A stretch of 64,000 nucleotides of DNA from Acidobacteriota bacterium. Its GTDB lineage: Bacteria; Acidobacteriota; UBA890; WLXD01. The notes under the pieces are model-generated. The model worked only from the letters and a program-made list of their open reading frames with translations, had not been told where the DNA came from and searched no databases. Of this stretch, positions 40,111-49,660 are shown piece after piece. Within the stretch, counting starts at the first letter, position 1. Each line of letters opens with the position of its first letter. The stretch spans positions 64,001 through 128,000 of the forward strand of contig CAXWPL010000002.1 of the NCBI GenBank assembly GCA_963666215.2, read 5' to 3'. A program made the translations under genes and the position numbers.

Positions 40111-40377
40111 GTGATGAATCGTCTGCCGGATCTCCCGTTATTCTCGGTGGTGGCGTCTCGAAAGTCGCGGTTGGTCTTTGCCAAGACCCTGGCGCCGGGG
40201 CTTGTGGCAGGCTCGCCGTCGCCGACAGCCGTTGCCGGCGGGGCGCAGGAAGAAGGCTGGATGCCCACCAGGCGCGCCGCGGTCGAGGGGGTCGCCGCCA
40301 ACTACGCCTCTCCGCGTTCGATGAATCAGGCTGTTTGGCGCTTCGCCGAGCGGCAGCCGCGCCAGCGAGAGCACTAG
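40111..40377 (+). CDS. Small hypothetical ORF immediately upstream of and in frame with gnd
   Basis: GAGGAG RBS before GTGATG; TAG stop 3 nt before the gnd ATG. Confidence 0.4.
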   Translation: MMNRLPDLPLFSVVASRKSRLVFAKTLAPGLVAGSPSPTAVAGGAQEEGWMPTRRAAVEGVAANYASPRSMNQAVWRFAERQPRQREH

Positions 40378-40380
40378 GCG

Positions 40381-41898
40381 ATGAGCCAACAGGTTGGCGT
40401 CGTCGGCATGGGTGTCATGGGCTTGAACCTGGCGCTGAACATCGGCGACCACGGCTACTCGCTGGCGGTGTACAACCGCACGCAAGGGCGTGTAGATCAG
40501 TTCCTGGCGGCCGCCAGCGAAGCCTCGGCGGATAGGAGCAGCAAGATCAACGCCGTCGGTACTACCGATCTGGCCGAGCTGGTGGGGATGCTGGAGCGCC
40601 CGCGTCGCATCATCCTCATGATCAAAGCCGGGGCGCCGGTCGACGCCGTGATCGGCGACCTCATGCCGCTGCTCGACGACGGCGACATGATTGTCGATGC
40701 CGGCAATTCTCTGTATCGCGACACCGCTCGTCGCGCCGGGGAGGTTGGTGCCGCCGCCAGCTCCGACTTGGAGATTCGCTTTGTCGGCATGGGGGTGTCT
40801 GGCGGCGAAGAAGGCGCGCGCCACGGGCCGAGCATCATGCCTGGCGGTTCCCGTGCCGCCTACGAGGCGCTCGAAGAGCTGCTGCTGGCGATCGCCGCCG
40901 AGTCCGATACCGGTCCGTGCGTGACCTACTGCGGCGCCGGTGCCGCCGGCCACTTCGTGAAGATGGTCCACAACGGGATCGAGTACGGCGACATGCAGCT
41001 GATCTGCGAGTCGTACGACCTGCTGCGCAATGCCGCCGGGCTCTCGAGCGCGCGGCTGGCCGAGACGTTCGGCTCCTGGAACGAGGGCGAGCTGCAGTCG
41101 TATCTCATCGAGATCACCGCCGACATCGTGGCTTTTCCGGACGATCGTCCGACCCCAGATCCAAGGAACCAGGAGCGGCCGAGCGGCCCGTTGATCGATC
41201 GCATTCTCGACATCGCCGGGCACAAGGGAACAGGAGTTTGGACGGCGCAGGCGGCGCTCGAGCTGGGCGTGCCGGTACCGACGATCGCCGCCGCGGTGGA
41301 GGCGCGCTTCCTTTCTGCTCGAAAGACGCAGCGCGTCGAGGCCTCGGCCCACTTCCCCCAGGCCGTTGTGTCGCTGGCCAGCGCCGATCGGGACGGCGAG
41401 TGTGGCGAGGCGGAAGCGGGCGGCGCGGTCGAAGAAACACAGATCGTCGAGGACGTCCGGCAGGCGCTGTACGTTGCCAAGATCTGTTCGTACGCTCAGG
41501 GCTTTGACCTGTTGACGGTGGCCTCCGAGGAGTACGAGTACGGCGTCGACCTGGCCGAGGTGGCGCGCATCTGGAAAGCCGGTTGCATCATCCGAGCCGC
41601 CTTTCTCGACGACATCCGACAGGCCTTCGCTGCCAGCCCGCCACCCACGAATCTGCTGCTGGCGCCTCACTTTGCGGAGGCGCTGCGCCACGGCGAGCTG
41701 GCGCTGCGGCGGGTTGTTGCTTGGGGAGCGAGGTCAGGCGTTGCGGTGCCAGCATTTGCCGCCTCACTGGCGTACTTCGACAGCTATCGCCGGGCTCGCC
41801 TTCCCGCCAACCTCCTGCAGGCCATGCGTGACTACTTTGGGGCTCATACCTACCAGCGCACCGACCGCGAGGGCACGTTCCATACTCAATGGATGTGA
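40381..41898 (+). CDS. gndA: NADP-dependent 6-phosphogluconate dehydrogenase
   Basis: GMGVMG, YNRT, VSGGEEGA, KMVHNGIEYGDMQ, KGTG, RDYFGAHTY. Confidence 0.97.
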   Translation: MSQQVGVVGMGVMGLNLALNIGDHGYSLAVYNRTQGRVDQFLAAASEASADRSSKINAVGTTDLAELVGMLERPRRIILMIKAGAPVDAVIGDLMPLLDDGDMIVDAGNSLYRDTARRAGEVGAAASSDLEIRFVGMGVSGGEEGARHGPSIMPGGSRAAYEALEELLLAIAAESDTGPCVTYCGAGAAGHFVKMVHNGIEYGDMQLICESYDLLRNAAGLSSARLAETFGSWNEGELQSYLIEITADIVAFPDDRPTPDPRNQERPSGPLIDRILDIAGHKGTGVWTAQAALELGVPVPTIAAAVEARFLSARKTQRVEASAHFPQAVVSLASADRDGECGEAEAGGAVEETQIVEDVRQALYVAKICSYAQGFDLLTVASEEYEYGVDLAEVARIWKAGCIIRAAFLDDIRQAFAASPPPTNLLLAPHFAEALRHGELALRRVVAWGARSGVAVPAFAASLAYFDSYRRARLPANLLQAMRDYFGAHTYQRTDREGTFHTQWM

Positions 41899-41978
41899 GC
41901 CGCTAACTCTGCCGGCATTGGGCATCCCGGGTCGTTGGGTGCGCCACCGTTCTGACGCGGGCTGCTAGCGAGGCAACC

Positions 41979-43535
41979 TTGGACCCGTCGCGTTCGCTGA
42001 TTCTGTTCGCCATCTTCCTGCGCATCGCGGGAGCCGGCGGACGTGCGCTCGCCGGCGCTCGTGCCACCGCCTGGCTTGACGACGGCAGCGAGAAGGCCGC
42101 CGCGGACTTGTCTGGCGCGACGGGTGGGCTGAGCTGGGGCAATACGCTCACCCAGGGGTTGCTGCTGGCCGGCTGGTTCCAAATTGCCGCCGGTGGATGG
42201 GCCGCGGCGGCGAGCGCCGGCGCTTGGTCGCCGCTGTGGCTGGCGCTGCTGATAGCGCTCGGTGTGGCGTTGTTGAACCGCTGGCTCGGACTCCAAGCTC
42301 GCCCGTGGGCTCGTCTTCCCTTGTGGCTGCTTGCCGACATTTCGATGCTCATGGCCGCCTGCGCAATATCGGCCCCGGCGGTCGACCTGTGGGCGGGAGA
42401 CACGCCGACCCGAGTGGCTATTCCCTACCTGTTGGCGGGCTCTGTTGCCGACCTTGTGCTCGCGCGCGTGCCGCGTGCGCTGGCCACCGCGGCGCTCGTG
42501 GCACCTCTTCTTGTGCGGCTGGCCAACCCATTGCTGGGCGACAATCGGCCGGTGATCGTCAACTTCTTTGGCGACCTGTTCCTCGAGAAGCCGGCGCTCG
42601 ACCTGGGGCTCGCGGTGCGCCGCCGCGGCCAAATGATCAAGCTGGAGAGCGGCGTCGTGGGCTGGATGGAGCGTCCGGCCCAGGCGGGCCCGGCTCCGGC
42701 CGCGCTGTTTTTCCATGGCGCCGATCGCGACGGGGCGATGCAACCCGCGGCGGCAATTATCCGCCGAGGACTGGTCGAGGCCGGGTTCGTCGTCCTCAGC
42801 CTTGATCACCCGGGATTCGGCCGCAGCCCCAGGGTGGCGTACGACGCGCCCATGAGCGCCTGGGACGATCTGACGTCGGCCGTCGAGGCGTACGGACGCC
42901 TACGCGCTATTCGCAGAACGCGCGAGATCGTGGTGGTTGGCCATTCCATGGGGACCACCGAGGCGTTGAGGCTGGTGGCCCAGGCTCCCGAGCTCGGACT
43001 CGATCTGGCGGGAGCTGTGCTGTTCGGTGCCGGGCCGTTTCCTCCGTCGCGCCAGGACGAGTTCTATTACGTACGTTTCAACGCCGACCGCAGCATGCCC
43101 AATTGGGTTGATCGCGAGGGAACGCTCGCGATTCGCCGGCGCTACTACAACAACAGCCGCGCGGCGCGCGACCTGCCACGCGACCATCTTCCGGTGATCT
43201 TCACGATGTTCCACGAGGATTTTGTCGATCAGCTCGGCAGTCGTCTGCGCCTGTACCGGTCGATCCCCGGACGCAAGACCGTGTGGGAGATCCCTTCGTC
43301 GCACTACTTCGATGCTTTCGTCTACGACAACTTCATCTTCGGAGGCACAGCGCCCACGCGCATTGTCGCGAGGCTCTTCGAAGGCGTGTTGGAGCAGCTC
43401 CTCGACCTCGCGGCCAGTCCACTTTCGGAGTCGTCTTCTCAGCCCTCGCCTTCTCCCGTTAGGCCCGAGGGCTCAGAGTCGGGTGACCCCGAAGCGGGCA
43501 GCGGAGCCGCGGAAAGCGCCGAGCATGCTGAATAG
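41979..43535 (+). CDS. Membrane-anchored alpha/beta hydrolase
   Basis: Several N-terminal TM segments; FFHG, LDHPGFGRS, nucleophile elbow GHSMG, SSHYF. Confidence 0.75.
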   Translation: MDPSRSLILFAIFLRIAGAGGRALAGARATAWLDDGSEKAAADLSGATGGLSWGNTLTQGLLLAGWFQIAAGGWAAAASAGAWSPLWLALLIALGVALLNRWLGLQARPWARLPLWLLADISMLMAACAISAPAVDLWAGDTPTRVAIPYLLAGSVADLVLARVPRALATAALVAPLLVRLANPLLGDNRPVIVNFFGDLFLEKPALDLGLAVRRRGQMIKLESGVVGWMERPAQAGPAPAALFFHGADRDGAMQPAAAIIRRGLVEAGFVVLSLDHPGFGRSPRVAYDAPMSAWDDLTSAVEAYGRLRAIRRTREIVVVGHSMGTTEALRLVAQAPELGLDLAGAVLFGAGPFPPSRQDEFYYVRFNADRSMPNWVDREGTLAIRRRYYNNSRAARDLPRDHLPVIFTMFHEDFVDQLGSRLRLYRSIPGRKTVWEIPSSHYFDAFVYDNFIFGGTAPTRIVARLFEGVLEQLLDLAASPLSESSSQPSPSPVRPEGSESGDPEAGSGAAESAEHAE

Positions 43536-44445
43536 CGGCGCCTGCGGAGCGGCGAATCTCCTGGTTGACGCCCATGTCCATGTTCACCCTGTCTTCGAGC
43601 TCAGCGTGGTCCTCAACGGCGCTCGCGATAACTTCGAGGGCGCTGCGGCCGAGCTGGAACTCGACCCCGGAGAGAGCTGGCTCGGAGTGTTGCTGCTTAC
43701 CGAGGCCGCCGGTGCCGACCGCTTCGAGACGTTGGCCGAGCACTGCGACCGCGAAGGCAGTGCTCGGGTCGGCGGCTGGTGCCTGCGTCGAGTCGGGCCG
43801 TTGACGCTGCGGGCCGAGCCGTCGGCGGCGTCAATGGCTCCAGCGCACGTGGGCAAATCGGGCGCGGCACCTGCCCGTGCGCTGCTACTCGTTTCGGGAT
43901 ACCAGATCGCGACCCGCGACGGCCTCGAGGTTCTGGCTCTCGGCACACGAACCCGTACTGCCGATGGATTGCCGCTCGACGCCTCGATCGAGGCGGCCGG
44001 TGTTGCGGGCGCTCTTCCGGTCATCCCGTGGGGATTCGGCAAGTGGTCGGGCCGGCGCGGAGCGATCGTGGAGAAACTGCTATCGGGCCGCGACGCTGGC
44101 ACGATTTGGCTGGGCGACAACGGTGGCCGCTCCAAGCTGCTGCGCTCGCCACCTCTGTTCGGGCGCGCTGCCGAGCTCGGAATGCCGGTGCTGCGTGGTA
44201 GCGATCCGCTGCCGTTCAAGAGCCATGAGCGCCGCGCCGGCTCCTACGGCTTTCATCTGCGCGACGCACCGCTCGACGTACCGCATCCCACAAGCGACGC
44301 GCGCACTGACGATCCGATCATGCGGCTGTTCGAACAGCTGCGTGCTCGGGCCCAGCCGCGCGGCTTCGGGCGGCGCGCCGGTGTGCTGGCGTTCGCGCGC
44401 GATCAAGTAGCGATGCAGCTGCGCAAGCGGAGCGGCCGCCGATGA
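43525..44445 (+). CDS. PHP-like metal-dependent hydrolase
   Basis: VDAHVHVH, LLTE, EVLALG, PWGFGKW, GDNGGR, GSDPLP. Confidence 0.65.
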   Translation: MLNSGACGAANLLVDAHVHVHPVFELSVVLNGARDNFEGAAAELELDPGESWLGVLLLTEAAGADRFETLAEHCDREGSARVGGWCLRRVGPLTLRAEPSAASMAPAHVGKSGAAPARALLLVSGYQIATRDGLEVLALGTRTRTADGLPLDASIEAAGVAGALPVIPWGFGKWSGRRGAIVEKLLSGRDAGTIWLGDNGGRSKLLRSPPLFGRAAELGMPVLRGSDPLPFKSHERRAGSYGFHLRDAPLDVPHPTSDARTDDPIMRLFEQLRARAQPRGFGRRAGVLAFARDQVAMQLRKRSGRR

Positions 44446-45830
44446 GGACCAGAGCGCTGGTTGTAGCTCCGCAGCCCTTCTTCACTCCGCGCGGTACCCC
44501 TTTCAGCGTCTACCACCGGGCCGCGGTGGCTTCCAAGCTAGGCGTTCAACTCGACCTGCTCACCTACGGCGAGGGCGAGGACGTCGATCTTCGCGACGTG
44601 CGTATCATCCGCATTCCGCGGCTGCGATTTCTAGAGCCCGTTCGGGTGGGTCCATCGTTCGCTAAGCTCGTGCTTGATTCGCTGATGATCTTGTGGACGC
44701 TGGGCCTGCTGCTTCGACACCGGTACGATTTCGTGCATGCGCACGAGGAGGCGGTGTTCTGGTGCCGGCCACTCAAGCCGCTTTTCCGCTTTCGAATGGT
44801 CTACGACATGCACTCGAGCTTGCCGCAGCAGTTGACGAATTTCTCGTTCACTCGCTCGAAGCTCTTGATTGCCGCGTTCGAGCGACTGGAGAACAGCGCA
44901 CTGCGCGCCGCTGACGCCGTTCTGACGATTTCGCCCGAGCTCGCCAAACAAGCAGAGGCGGCGATGCCCGACAGCTCACGGCATTTGCTGATCGAGAACT
45001 CGATCTTCGATGACGTTCGAACCATCGCGACAGGGCGGACGAGCGAGGCCGCTACTCCCGCTACTCCCGCCACTCCCGCTACTCCCGACACGGCCGCCGC
45101 GTCCGTGCCCGGGCTGCTGTCAGGAAGGCGGCCGGTGATCGCCTACGTGGGCACGTTCGAGGCGTACCAGGGTCTGGAGATTCTGCTGGGCGCTTTTGCG
45201 GAGCTGCGCTCGAGATCTCCTGCACGAGCCGCCACCGACCGGGCGCCGCTACTGCTGCTCGTCGGCGGCCGCGACGACCAGGTTCAGGAAGCGCACGAGC
45301 AGGCCAGCGACCACGGACTGAGTGTGCGCGTGACGAGCGAGCTCGCGTTCGAGGCCCGCCCGGAGGTTGCAGCCAACCTCGACGCCGACGTGCTGCTCAC
45401 CGGCCGCGTCGCCCAACCTCTCGCCAAGGCCTACCTGCGGCGCGCATCGGTGGTCACCTCGCCGCGCTCGCGCGGCACGAACACGCCGCTCAAGGTTTAC
45501 GAGCTTCTGGCTCTGGGCAAGCCGATTGTGGCCACCCGGATCCTGTCGCATACCCAGGTCCTGGACGACGGCGTCTGCATCCTCGTCGAGCCCGATGCCG
45601 AGTCGATGGCCGACGGGCTCGAGCTCGCCTTGCGAGGCGGCGAGCGGGTGGAGGCTCGTGTCGACGCTGCCAAGGCTCTGTACGAGCGGCGCTATTCGCG
45701 GGCCGCCTACGAGTTGAAGATGCGTCGGATGCTGGAGGTTCTCGGGTTCGACGACTTCGCGGAAACCGATTCCGAGTCCGACTCTGGCGCTGATTCGTCC
45801 ACCCTCGTCGATCACCGGGGCGGCGGCTGA
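44442..45830 (+). CDS. Glycosyltransferase family 4
   Basis: APQPFFTPRGTP, HAHEE, YVGTFEAYQG, NTPLKVYELLALGKPIVAT. Confidence 0.9.
   Translation: MRTRALVVAPQPFFTPRGTPFSVYHRAAVASKLGVQLDLLTYGEGEDVDLRDVRIIRIPRLRFLEPVRVGPSFAKLVLDSLMILWTLGLLLRHRYDFVHAHEEAVFWCRPLKPLFRFRMVYDMHSSLPQQLTNFSFTRSKLLIAAFERLENSALRAADAVLTISPELAKQAEAAMPDSSRHLLIENSIFDDVRTIATGRTSEAATPATPATPATPDTAAASVPGLLSGRRPVIAYVGTFEAYQGLEILLGAFAELRSRSPARAATDRAPLLLLVGGRDDQVQEAHEQASDHGLSVRVTSELAFEARPEVAANLDADVLLTGRVAQPLAKAYLRRASVVTSPRSRGTNTPLKVYELLALGKPIVATRILSHTQVLDDGVCILVEPDAESMADGLELALRGGERVEARVDAAKALYERRYSRAAYELKMRRMLEVLGFDDFAETDSESDSGADSSTLVDHRGGG
45051..45086 (+). repeat. Coding 9-bp tandem repeat (Ala-Thr-Pro)x4
   Basis: GCTACTCCC GCTACTCCC GCCACTCCC GCTACTCCC in the GT4 interdomain linker. 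Confidence 0.85.
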
Positions 45831-47755
45831 TGTGCGGTATTGCGGGCTTCGCCACGCGGCGTCGAGCCCACCCGGGCGATTTCGGGCCTGGCCCGGAGCT
45901 GCTGCGTGCGATGTGCGACACGCTGCAGCACCGCGGGCCGGACGACGACGGAATTGTCGTGCGGGATCAGGTGGGGCTCGGGATGCGCCGTCTCGCGATC
46001 ATCGATCTGGCGAGCGGCGCGCAGCCGATGTTCAACGACGATCGCTCCGTGGCGCTCGTACAGAACGGCGAGATCTACAACTACCGCGAGCTGCGAGCCG
46101 ACCTCGCGCGCAGAGGGCACCGCTTCGTCACCCAGTCCGATACCGAGGTGCTCATCCGTCTTTGGGAGGAGTACGGCGAAGATTTCCCCACGCACCTCAA
46201 CGGCATGTTCGCCATCGCTCTGCACGACGAGCGCGCTGCAAAGCTCGTGCTCGTGCGCGATCGGCTCGGAATCAAGCCGCTGTACGTGTACCTCGACGAA
46301 CAGCGGCTGGTGTTCGGGTCGGAGATCAAGGCCTTGCTGGCCTGCGATCACGTTCCGCGCGAGCTTGATCTCGACGCGCTTGGCGAATTCCTGGCCTGGG
46401 AGTATGTGCCGGCGCCGCGCACGCTGTTTCGCGGCATTCGCAAGATCGAGCCCGGAGCCATGCTCGTGCTCGACCTCAACGGCGGCGACGTACGCGAGCG
46501 AGTCTGGTGGGACCTTCCCGGGCTGGCGGAGGGGGCGCACGAGGTCGCATCGCGTAATGGCCTGCCGTCTTCGCCTGCCGAGTGGGAGGAGGCGATCGAC
46601 GCCCAGGTCGCTCGCAGCGTCAAGGCTCAGCTCGTAGCGGATGTGCCGGTGGGAGCCTTCCTGTCGGGCGGCGTCGACAGCTCGCTGGTGGTCGCCGGCA
46701 TGGGCGAGGAGGCGCTCACGTTCAGTATCGGATTCGACGATCCGAGCTACAACGAGCTCCAATGGTCGCACCAGGTGGCCGAGCATCTCGGCGTACGGCA
46801 CGAGACGGAGGTCCTGCGGCCCGACGTCGTGGCGCTGTTCGATCGCCTGATGAACCACATGGACGATCCGATAGGGGACTTCTCGATTTTCCCCACGTAT
46901 CTCGTGTCGCAGCTGGCCCGGCGCGACGTCAAGGTGGTGCTCACCGGCGACGGCGGCGACGAGATCTTCGGTGGCTACGATACCTACGTCGCTCAGCACT
47001 ACGCCCGAACGTGGGAGCGCATTCCTTCGTTTCTGCGCCGCGGCCTGCTGGAACCGGCACTCCGCGGCCTGCCGCCACGGCCGCAGAAAAAGGGTCTCGT
47101 GAACAAGACGCGGCGATTCGTCGAAGGCCTGGCCCTCGACCCGAGTGCCGGCCACGCCCGCTGGCGGGCCTTCGTTACGGGTGCCCTACGAGGAGAGCTC
47201 TTCGCCCCGGCGGCCCAGGAGGAGATGCGGACCGCGACCGAGGGGCACGTGCTGCAGCTCGCCGAGCGCGGCAGTGCGCTGCCGGCGGTCGATCGCGACC
47301 TGTACGTCGACATGAAGAGCTACTTGAGCGACAACTGTCTGGTGAAAATGGACCGCATGTCGATGGCCTGCTCACTCGAGGCACGCGTGCCTCTGCTCGA
47401 CCACGAGCTCGTCGAGCTGGCCTTCCGCATGCCATCGAGGTTGAAGGTCAAGGGCGGCGGCGTGGCCGGTACGAAGCCACTCTTGAAGAAGGTCGCGGCG
47501 CGCCATCTGCCGCACGACGCCGTGTACCGGCCCAAGGAAGGTTTCAGCATCCCACTCAAACAGTGGCTTGGGAACGAGTTCCGTGAGCTCATGGAAGCCG
47601 AGCTCGCGCCCTCGGTCATCGAGCGTGACGGCATCTTTCAAGCCAGCGTTGTCGAGCGCTTGAAGCGCGAGCACCTCGCCGGCCGGGCCAATCACAGTCA
47701 CGTGCTTTGGGGGCTCTTGGTTTTCCACGACTGGCGCCGACGTTGGAACGTGTGA
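45830..47755 (+). CDS. asnB: Asparagine synthetase-like glutamine amidotransferase
   Basis: MCGIAG, HRGPDD, NGEIYN, LSGGVDSS, GDGGDE, SLEARVPLLDH. Confidence 0.93.
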   Translation: MCGIAGFATRRRAHPGDFGPGPELLRAMCDTLQHRGPDDDGIVVRDQVGLGMRRLAIIDLASGAQPMFNDDRSVALVQNGEIYNYRELRADLARRGHRFVTQSDTEVLIRLWEEYGEDFPTHLNGMFAIALHDERAAKLVLVRDRLGIKPLYVYLDEQRLVFGSEIKALLACDHVPRELDLDALGEFLAWEYVPAPRTLFRGIRKIEPGAMLVLDLNGGDVRERVWWDLPGLAEGAHEVASRNGLPSSPAEWEEAIDAQVARSVKAQLVADVPVGAFLSGGVDSSLVVAGMGEEALTFSIGFDDPSYNELQWSHQVAEHLGVRHETEVLRPDVVALFDRLMNHMDDPIGDFSIFPTYLVSQLARRDVKVVLTGDGGDEIFGGYDTYVAQHYARTWERIPSFLRRGLLEPALRGLPPRPQKKGLVNKTRRFVEGLALDPSAGHARWRAFVTGALRGELFAPAAQEEMRTATEGHVLQLAERGSALPAVDRDLYVDMKSYLSDNCLVKMDRMSMACSLEARVPLLDHELVELAFRMPSRLKVKGGGVAGTKPLLKKVAARHLPHDAVYRPKEGFSIPLKQWLGNEFRELMEAELAPSVIERDGIFQASVVERLKREHLAGRANHSHVLWGLLVFHDWRRRWNV

Positions 47756-49539
47756 GCGCCGCTGAAACGATGGGGCCGGAAGTCGCTGGTGTGGGGCGTC
47801 GTGCGATCGTGCGCGACCCGGCGGCGGCTGCTCGACAGGGCTACGACCTGATTGTTGTTGGTGGCGGCGTGTACGGCGTGATGTTGACGCTCGAAGCGGC
47901 GCGGCGTGGCCTGCGTCCGCTGCTTCTGGAGCGCGACGATTTCGGCGGTGCAACGAGCTGGAACAGCCTGCGCATCGTTCACGGTGGCCTCCGCTATCTA
48001 CAAACGCTCGACTTGCCGCGGTTCTTCGAGTCTGTGACCGAGCGGCGCTGGTTTCTGCGCACCTTTCCCGATTTGGTCACGCCGCTGGGCTGCTTGATGC
48101 CGCTCTATGGCGTCGATGGCACGAGTGGCGGAGGCCAATCGGTGATCGGCGTGGACCGTGAGACCGGCCGGAGTGGCGAGCGAGGTCGGAGGGCATCCGG
48201 GCTGCTGCGTAGTGGTCCGGTATTTCGCCTCGCGTTCGCGGCTAACGATCTGCTCTCCTGGCGTCGCAACGTCGGCGTGGACCGGCGAGCCTGGCTGCAG
48301 CGCGCGCGAGTCGTCGGCGCCGACGAGGCCACCGGGCTGGCACCGGAGCTCGAGGGCTCGGAGATCGTCGGCGGCGCGCTCTGGCACGACGCGGTCATGG
48401 TCGACTCACAGCGACTGCTGCTCGAAGCGCTGCGCTGGGCGGTGTCGGTGAGCGAGGGCGCGTGTTGCCTCAACTACGTCGAGGTGACCGAGCTGATCGC
48501 CGACGGCGGCCGAGCACGCGGCGTGAAGGCGATCGATCGGTCCACAGCCGCAGCGGATCGTGCGGATGGCGACGGCAAGGGGGGAAGCGAGCACGGCGCC
48601 GTCGTCCATGAATTCGAAGCGCCGCTGGTGATCAACGCGGCCGGCCCCTGGGCGCCGACGGTAGCCAGGCGCCTGACCGGATCGGCCTCCGAAGACCGGC
48701 TGTTCGAGCCGTCGCTTGCCTTCAATCTGTATCTCCGTCGCCCAACCGAGGCGCGCGTGGCGATCGCTGTTACGCCGCCGCGGCCGGGCGCCCCGACCTA
48801 CTTCCTGCACCCTTGGAAGGAGGGACTCTTCGCAGGAACGGTCCACGCGCCATGGCCTGCCGCTTCGGGCTCTATCTCCGGTTCGGCGTCTGGCTCCGGC
48901 GGCTGCGCCGGCGACGCAACCGCGGAGGATGGCCGACCGAAACGCCACAGCCCGGTCGTGCTCGATTTTCTGAACGACCTGAATTCCGCCTTGCCGGGGT
49001 TCAACGCCAGCGCCGCGCAGATTGCCGCGGTCACCTGGGGGCGCCTACCGGCCACGCAGCGCGGGTCGGCGAACCTGGCAGTGCGTCCGACGCTTGTCGA
49101 CCACCGAGACACGGGCGGCCCGAGGGGCCTCTACAGCATTGCCGGAGTGAAATTCACCACCGCGCGCGCGGTAGCGGCCCGCACTCTGGCCGAGTTGCCG
49201 TTGCCCTTGGCCCGTAAGGTGCGCTCGGGCGACGCCCCGCGGCCTCCCGTGGTCGCGATCCCGACACGCGCCGAGTTCGAGCGGCTTCTACAGCACGACA
49301 GCCCGGCGGCCGCGGATCTCGTCGCCAAGCTTGTCGCTGATGAAGCCGCGATTCACCTCGACGACATCATGCTGCGCCGCACCGATTGGGGGATTCTCGC
49401 CCCGGTGTTCGCGTCGGACCGCGAAAGCGACGATCAGCTGGCCGCCGGCGTGGCCCGACTCGCTGGCTGGGAGGGACCTCGACTCGTTGCCGAGCTTCGG
49501 CGCTACGCGGCGGCCCTGCGCCGCGTCCGGGGGGATTGA
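47752..49539 (+). CDS. GlpD-like FAD-dependent oxidoreductase
   Basis: VVGGGVYG, DFGGATSWNSLRIVHGGLRYL, INAAGPW, GVKFTTAR, DDIMLRRT. Confidence 0.85.
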   Translation: MSAAETMGPEVAGVGRRAIVRDPAAAARQGYDLIVVGGGVYGVMLTLEAARRGLRPLLLERDDFGGATSWNSLRIVHGGLRYLQTLDLPRFFESVTERRWFLRTFPDLVTPLGCLMPLYGVDGTSGGGQSVIGVDRETGRSGERGRRASGLLRSGPVFRLAFAANDLLSWRRNVGVDRRAWLQRARVVGADEATGLAPELEGSEIVGGALWHDAVMVDSQRLLLEALRWAVSVSEGACCLNYVEVTELIADGGRARGVKAIDRSTAAADRADGDGKGGSEHGAVVHEFEAPLVINAAGPWAPTVARRLTGSASEDRLFEPSLAFNLYLRRPTEARVAIAVTPPRPGAPTYFLHPWKEGLFAGTVHAPWPAASGSISGSASGSGGCAGDATAEDGRPKRHSPVVLDFLNDLNSALPGFNASAAQIAAVTWGRLPATQRGSANLAVRPTLVDHRDTGGPRGLYSIAGVKFTTARAVAARTLAELPLPLARKVRSGDAPRPPVVAIPTRAEFERLLQHDSPAAADLVAKLVADEAAIHLDDIMLRRTDWGILAPVFASDRESDDQLAAGVARLAGWEGPRLVAELRRYAAALRRVRGD

Positions 49540-49660
49540 CGAGAGTCGCCTCGCGCCGTTCGTCGGAGCGCCTGAGGAATGTTTCAACGGGTCGACGGCT
49601 GAGCCCAGGGAACCGGCGTCGAGCGACAATCCAGCCGGTCGCGATCCGGCCCCGTCGGGC

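Noticed and set aside
45830-47755. Lasso-peptide cyclase interpretation of the AsnB-like gene
   Set aside because: It has an intact N-terminal Cys glutaminase domain, and no B protein or precursor peptide is nearby
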